54,230 nucleotides of DNA from Phoronis australis (taxonomy: Eukaryota > Animalia > Phoronida): assembly GCA_002633005.1 (NCBI GenBank), contig NMRA01000517.1, positions 46,577-100,806 on the forward strand, in the 5' to 3' direction. Shown here piece by piece: positions 49,101 through 54,230 of this stretch (positions within the stretch are counted from its first letter, which is position 1; every line of letters begins with the position of its first letter). The translations under genes were made by a program, and so were the position numbers. The notes under the pieces are model-generated. The model saw nothing but the letters and a program-made list of their open reading frames with translations. It was not told where the DNA came from and did no database searches.

Positions 49101-52100
49101 AAAGTCACTCTTGTCACTTGCTGTTGTTCACATGCCTGTAATCAAATGGGGCCGATGCTTTATAAAGCCATGTTTACCAGGTTTGTTGTTCACATTTATC
49201 TCAGAATTTATTGTGTATTACTTTCTCATCTGGTTTTGGACAGTACACATTCTGGGCTTGGCTATTCAAAACCCATATGGGGTAATAAAACAGTTATGTT
49301 CTCAGCCGGGATCATAAACCCTTTGTTAAGTGGTGTTAACTGAGGCTGGGTTCACAAACAACTACATTCACTGACTTTGCATATCCCTTTCAAAAGGCTT
49401 GTTATGTGTGGTCAACACCCATGAATTATTACCACTAAGGTACTATGCAGACTAGTTACCCCCTCCAAGCAAACAATGCAATTCACCTATTGTTTATTTA
49501 TGTTTTTTGTATAGAAAACGCCTTCCTCCTGCAGTGCCATCTGTTAAAATACTGCCAGCTGAAGTGGAGCCTCTCAGGCAACCAAGAGGTATGTTCTGGC
49601 TTTTGTATATACAAGGGTTGCAAACACTATCAAACTGGGTCTCACAAGTGACTCCTGTAGGACTGAAAAATATATGTTTTTCTCCCAAGTCCCTTATTTA
49701 CTTGCTGTATGCCAGGAATGTTTGGATTTCACTTGTTAGAATTTCAGAAAAAAAGATGATTACATGAATAAATCTATGGTGAGGGAGATGATTATAGAAA
49801 ATTGTATGCTTGTATTAACAGCTCAAGTTATAGCTGCAGCTCGTCCCATCTGACCTTTGACCTCTATAACCCAATGCAATCAACAGTTTGATTCTCTAGA
49901 TAACTGAGTCGATGTTTAATTTCAGCTTTTGTACCTCTTAACAATATGTTCTGGAGAAACTAAGAAAGTCACCATAGCATCACAATGGTTTTTTTAGATA
50001 CGTAACTGCATTAGAAAAATCTGTGAAGATGCAGTGTATCAGAGTGTATTGACGTGTTGGTGTCTGCTAACCCAAATATTGCACATCCTTGTAGATGACA
50101 ACTTTGGGTTAAGCCAGCCATTCTACAACCACTTCGCTCATCCAACTGATTACCCTTTCCAATGGCATTATGACCAGTGACCTGTAGTGCAGAACCACAG
50201 ACACAACATCAATTGCAGACATGTGCCTTACATTGTTTTTTAGTATTCAAAGCTTCAACTGTTGTATGAATGTGTGTTATAGATATGTTAGGGCCACATG
50301 ACCTTTTGCATATGGTTCTAGAGAAATGGACTCTTTTCATAAATCTTGCGTCAGCAGCCTAATCATGAATTTTGGATATCTCTGTCATGCGATTCATAAC
50401 TTAGTTTTGTAGCAGTAAATTCAGTAACAGCCACATTTTATATCCAGACTAACTTAGGTTATCGCCAGTACTTTTATGTCTTTGAGTTTTTTATGTTCTT
50501 GAACTGATGAGATAAAAATCATTTGCCTGGCTCTGATATGAGTTGAGTCGTAATCTGGCAATCTCTGTTTGTTTAACAGATTTGATGTTTACTTTTTAAG
50601 ACATTTTATTTAAGAACAAAGGAGCTACATTTCTACTGTTTTTGTCAAAGCATTCTTGTTGTATGGTGTTGCATTTTTGTGAAGTGTTTTTTTGAAGTTT
50701 TAAGTCAGGAAATTTTTGTTCTGTGAAGAAAAAGTACAATAATGTTGATGTAAGGCACAGGTCTGCATAGATAGTTGTTATACTCTGATCACGACAATAT
50801 TGTCCTGACTTCATGAGAATTATTGAATCCCATTGAACATGTCCTTTATAGCTAACAGAAATTCTTTGAGGCTAGCATGCACGTTATTAAAGTAAAAAAC
50901 TAATAATTACTAATAAAAATGTTCTATGCAGAACTTTGTCACTAATCAATGTTTGGAGACTGGCTGGTAGTATTAGTTTAACTTTGAGTGCTATAGTATA
51001 ATGTTGTGAAGTGAGTGATGGTTGTGGACACGTGGGTAAAGTACTGCAACAGTCATGTTAATTTATCTTTGAGAGCTTAATTAATGAATGAATTTGAATT
51101 CTGTTGAAAGCCATGATTTCTAATATAGCTCCAGCCTGCGAGGTTTTAACATGATACATTAAAACTGCAAAAGTTCTATGGGTAAGGAGTATTTGGGCAT
51201 TAAATTTCTTACTTGATTATGATGCCAGTATTTGTTACCTGGAGGTGGTGATAAGGATTGTAGAAACTAACACCGGATAATACGGAGATCAGACTACTGC
51301 CAATTGTAGAGTCTGTCAGTTAAATCTATTTAGCGTAAATGGAACACGGTGTTCAACACAACATGTATTACGGGTTTGCTATTCATTTGAAGTACAAATT
51401 CTTATCTCACAGTGACTTGATATAAGATTGGATATGTGGCTGTGTATAACCTATCTGAGAGTTTGAATTATGATGTTGTCCTTGGAGATTATCAGTCACC
51501 TTGAAAACCAAGAGCCTATTTCTGACTGTAATTATGTAGTTTGTGAAACATGCAGCTTTTAGGAAGTTAGTAGTGCTATTTTTGACTTACACTCATTAAA
51601 TACGGGTTGTATTGATATTATGAAATTGTTTGCTGAATAGATCTGGATAAAATACTTTACTGGATGTAGTTAAATGATCTGAAGTGTTTTTGTGAAGAAA
51701 AAGTTTTTGAGTGTTTCAGTATTTTATGTTGCTTGTACTTGTAGCCTATTTAGTACATTTGAACATCTTTTAATTTGTTTTGGCAAGTTACTGAACTGTC
51801 ATTGCATTTGTTTACGCTCACCTTGGAGGTGTCAGTAACGTTTCATTGATTGTGAATAGCAGCTTATTGTCAAATACTGTGTACTGTAAACACAATCACG
51901 CTTTGAAAATGGCATATGTCCACTTTCAAGTTCGTTTGGTAGGAAAATGAATCTTATTGGTTTTGATAGTTTTGTTCTCGACTTATCACAAAATAATTAA
52001 TGAAAACTGTGAATGAAGGTATATTGATCTACACAGTCTCTGTTTTTTGTTTCTTTTGTAAGTTTTAATAGACCGTCTCACTTGTTGAAGCTTCATCCCA

Positions 52101-54110
52101 CCACAGCATCACAATGCCTAGCACACTTTTTGATATGACAATGTTTTCATACTCTCTTGTGTTCATCTGTGTCGATCTGCTTATATCGGTGCTAATCTAT
52201 CTTCATTATATACCAGGCAGCCCAATTTCCTTGTCTCATTTTACATGCTGGCATGATTGACTAAAAAATGCTGTTGAGGTATTAAGTTACCCGGTAACTG
52301 GGTGGGCCAATACTCCCTGCAGTATCCTAAAATAAGATGTCCTGTTTTTTGTGGAATGTTGGCTACAATCGGTACTGTTCACACCGTATGTCGTGAATCT
52401 CACACTATTCGCCCCTCAGCCCCATCAGCCAGCCCTGAGGTAGCCATAGCTTTCCATTTGTCTTGAATTCTTGTCATGGTGCACTGTACTTTCAATACAT
52501 TTGTCACAGTGCACATTGATCATTTTTCACAATTTCAGGGGGTGATAACTATTTTTCAGTGTTGAATACATGTAACATGAAGTCATACTTTTCCTACTTT
52601 TCATGCTTATGTTTTACTGTTACCAAGTACTGCGACTACCTTTGACTTGAATAGTTATAGGTTATTAAAATGGGCAGTGATCGAAGTAAACAAAATCCAG
52701 GGAAGCCCGATCCAGTGGCTTAAGCCCACAGGGCTTGATCGGGGGTAACTAGTCCGCATAGTGGCTTAAAAGTGTATGAGTGGTTGTAAATCATGGGTGT
52801 GGTTCACAGTTTTTATGCGCCCATTATGTGGACGCATTATGCCGTCATCTCTGTCCCTCCGGCGTCCGCTGCTCTATCTCTAAAACGCCGTGACACATGT
52901 TCATGAAATTTCACACATTTGTTCCTTCCGTGGATGGGACGGCATGAGCAAACTTTCGGATGGATCCGACAACCTGTGTGCCCCCTAGTGGCAATTTTAT
53001 TTTTTTCACGTTTACCTCTGTATCTTCAAAAGTCCTGAACGGATTTTCATAAAATTTGAGTATATAGGCAACTATTAGTGAGATGACACTGTTCTCCCAT
53101 TTTCGGATGGATTTGATGTAGTTTACACCACCTAGTGGCCATTGTTAATGTTTTTGAGTTTTTTTGCGTTCACCCTTCTATCAACCAAACCGCTCAAAGG
53201 ATGATTGTGAAAATTGGCATGTATCTGCTTACTATGAAGAGGAAGGTTGATGATGATTTTCCGACAATGTCGACTACTGTGGCACCTCCTAGTGGCAGTT
53301 TTTTCAAATCTTGTTTTTGGTGTCCACCCCTGTATCAACCAAATCATTTGAAAATTGGCATATATGTTCTCAGTGTGAAGACGACCTTTGATGATGGTGA
53401 CTGACTACTGTTGCACCTCCTAGTGGTAGTTTTATTTTGTGCTCATAGTTGTATCTCCTAAGCCCACTGCAGGATCTTTACTAAATTTAGTAAGTGTATT
53501 TATATGAAGATAACAGACGATGATGACGAGTTTCAGGCGGATCCAGCGGACACTGTGCCCCCTAGTGGCAATTTCATTTTATTCTGTTTTCCTTTGTTTC
53601 TGTGCCTCGGAAGTTCCTTGACAGATTTTTATGAAATATGGCATTTTCCTGTTTTTGGATGGATTGTTTGTTTTTGCGCAATCTAGGCCATTTGTATGAT
53701 ACAAATAAATAACCCTAAAAGCACACCATTTGCAATGCATCTGTGGGTGCATTTCAATGCTCCGCATTGCTCTTGTTTAAAGTTGACATTCTTGGTGTAT
53801 AAAAGTAGTTGCCTTTGAACCCTGATTTAAACATTATACAACTGTTGCAGGTGGCCTGTGTAAGTAAACATGCTTTAACAAAGGGTTATATGGTCCTGGC
53901 TGAGAAGATAATTGCTTTCTTATCCTCTACTGGTTTTGAATCAAGCCAAGCCTTGGAATGAAGTTAGCTAGTAATTTGTGATTGCAGGACTGTCTTCTAA
54001 TTAAAAAATATTTACCATAAGTTAATTTCCAAGACTCATTTTTAATTTACTCCGATCATATCTTGCAGTACGTGAGCCTCCCCAAGCCCGACCTTTGTCC
54101 AAACCTTCAC
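43068..54110 (+). CDS. C21orf58-like / DUF4587 family protein, partial; join(43068..43130,43501..43543,47375..47535,48779..48888,49515..49588,54069..54110), continues beyond the window
   Basis: MATSDSINDHMTRLRLKMVEQKLAKER resembles the C21orf58 TRLxLKLL..KLEQER segment; DYMEMMMMENAQLHQHMMRQMM resembles the DUF4587 core; PPSVHHHHY follows; all splice phases are compatible. Confidence 0.78.
43501..43543 (+). CDS. C21orf58-like coding exon
   Basis: tttcAG acceptor, KLAKERARQRSEPE, AG|GTATAT donor. Confidence 0.72.
44096..44681. repeat. 42-bp minisatellite cttgtgatgtaatctaattactttacatccctatttatggac, ~14 copies, ends at gap
   Basis: Direct copies. Confidence 0.95.
44683..47262. repeat. 68-bp satellite ttgatagagtttagtactttgtgtactatttatataaagtctacatagccttgtcaatccatctgctt, ~38 copies
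   Basis: Apparently invariant copies; starts at the gap at 44682. Confidence 0.97.
47375..47535 (+). CDS. C21orf58-like coding exon (DUF4587 core)
   Basis: YMEMMMMENAQLHQHMMRQMMYQSLQP...; CAG|GTAAAG donor. Confidence 0.82.
48065..48689. mobile_element. Kolobok-like non-autonomous DNA transposon, diverged relative of 8227-8889
   Basis: Termini ttaaggaggcac...gtgctacctaa; colinear internal similarity (agattc.gaa...gattc.aaaaatgt.g; ctgaaat.gc...ttctcagt). Confidence 0.6.
48779..48888 (+). CDS. C21orf58-like coding exon
   Basis: Strong pyrimidine acceptor; MPDRRPPSVHHHHY...HLPPL; GTACGT donor. Confidence 0.75.
49250..49472. repeat. Interspersed repeat with an inverted copy at 52730-52809 plus 53777-53955
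   Basis: actatgcagactagttacccc, aaccctttgttaa and ggcttggctattcaaaacc match reverse complements on either side of the 52810 HINE. Confidence 0.65.
49515..49588 (+). CDS. C21orf58-like coding exon
   Basis: KRLPPAVPSVKILPAEVEPLRQPR; AG|GTATGT donor; phase fits both neighbours. Confidence 0.72.
52810..53776 (+). mobile_element. HINE (Helentron-associated) element, full length
   Basis: Same head, internal units and 3' subTIR (gtgggtgcat 53743-53752) as 8017-9930; 3' hairpin caatgc-tcc-gcattg; T-flanked on both sides. Confidence 0.82.
54069..54110 (+). CDS. C21orf58-like coding exon
   Basis: ttgcAG acceptor, REPPQARPLSKPS, GTAAGT donor; phase fits. Confidence 0.65.
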
Positions 54111-54230
54111 GTAAGTATCCACCTCTGTTTTGATTGCATCATAGAGTTCTGCCATTTTTAGAAGGCAGGTCGCTGAAAACTGTGGGCTTATGTATATGCA
54201 TCGGGTTTTCAATTAACAAAAATTTCAGTT

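Overview
Eukaryotic (animal) genomic DNA, not prokaryotic. It has spliceosomal GT-AG introns and many repeats, and its transposon families suggest a marine invertebrate, possibly a mollusc (inference). Genes, left to right: (1) the last four coding exons of ORC2 (+, 284-5578); (2) an intact MS4A/CD20-like four-transmembrane gene with one coding exon (-, 11811-12410) and its tandem paralog, which has a frameshift, a premature stop and a deleted TATA box (-, ~19328-19917); (3) a complete 10-exon WDSUB1 gene (WD40-SAM-U-box, -, 27384-35801, 501 aa); (4) head-to-head with WDSUB1, a C21orf58/DUF4587-like gene (+, 43068 to beyond the window). Mobile DNA includes Helentron-derived HINE elements whose internal repeats each carry a CTCF-like motif in the same orientation, with one copy apparently present in only one of two assembled haplotypes. 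It also includes an RNase H-bearing LINE split by a THAP-encoding ISL2EU-like transposon, a young 900-bp element with ~272-bp TIRs and a 9-bp TSD beside the shared promoter, an Academ-like nuclease remnant, a CR1/L2 3' end, a tRNA-derived SINE, several MITEs and many tandem arrays. There are three assembly gaps (20750-20869, 25966, 44682). All family assignments come from recalled motifs read by eye; no searches were run.
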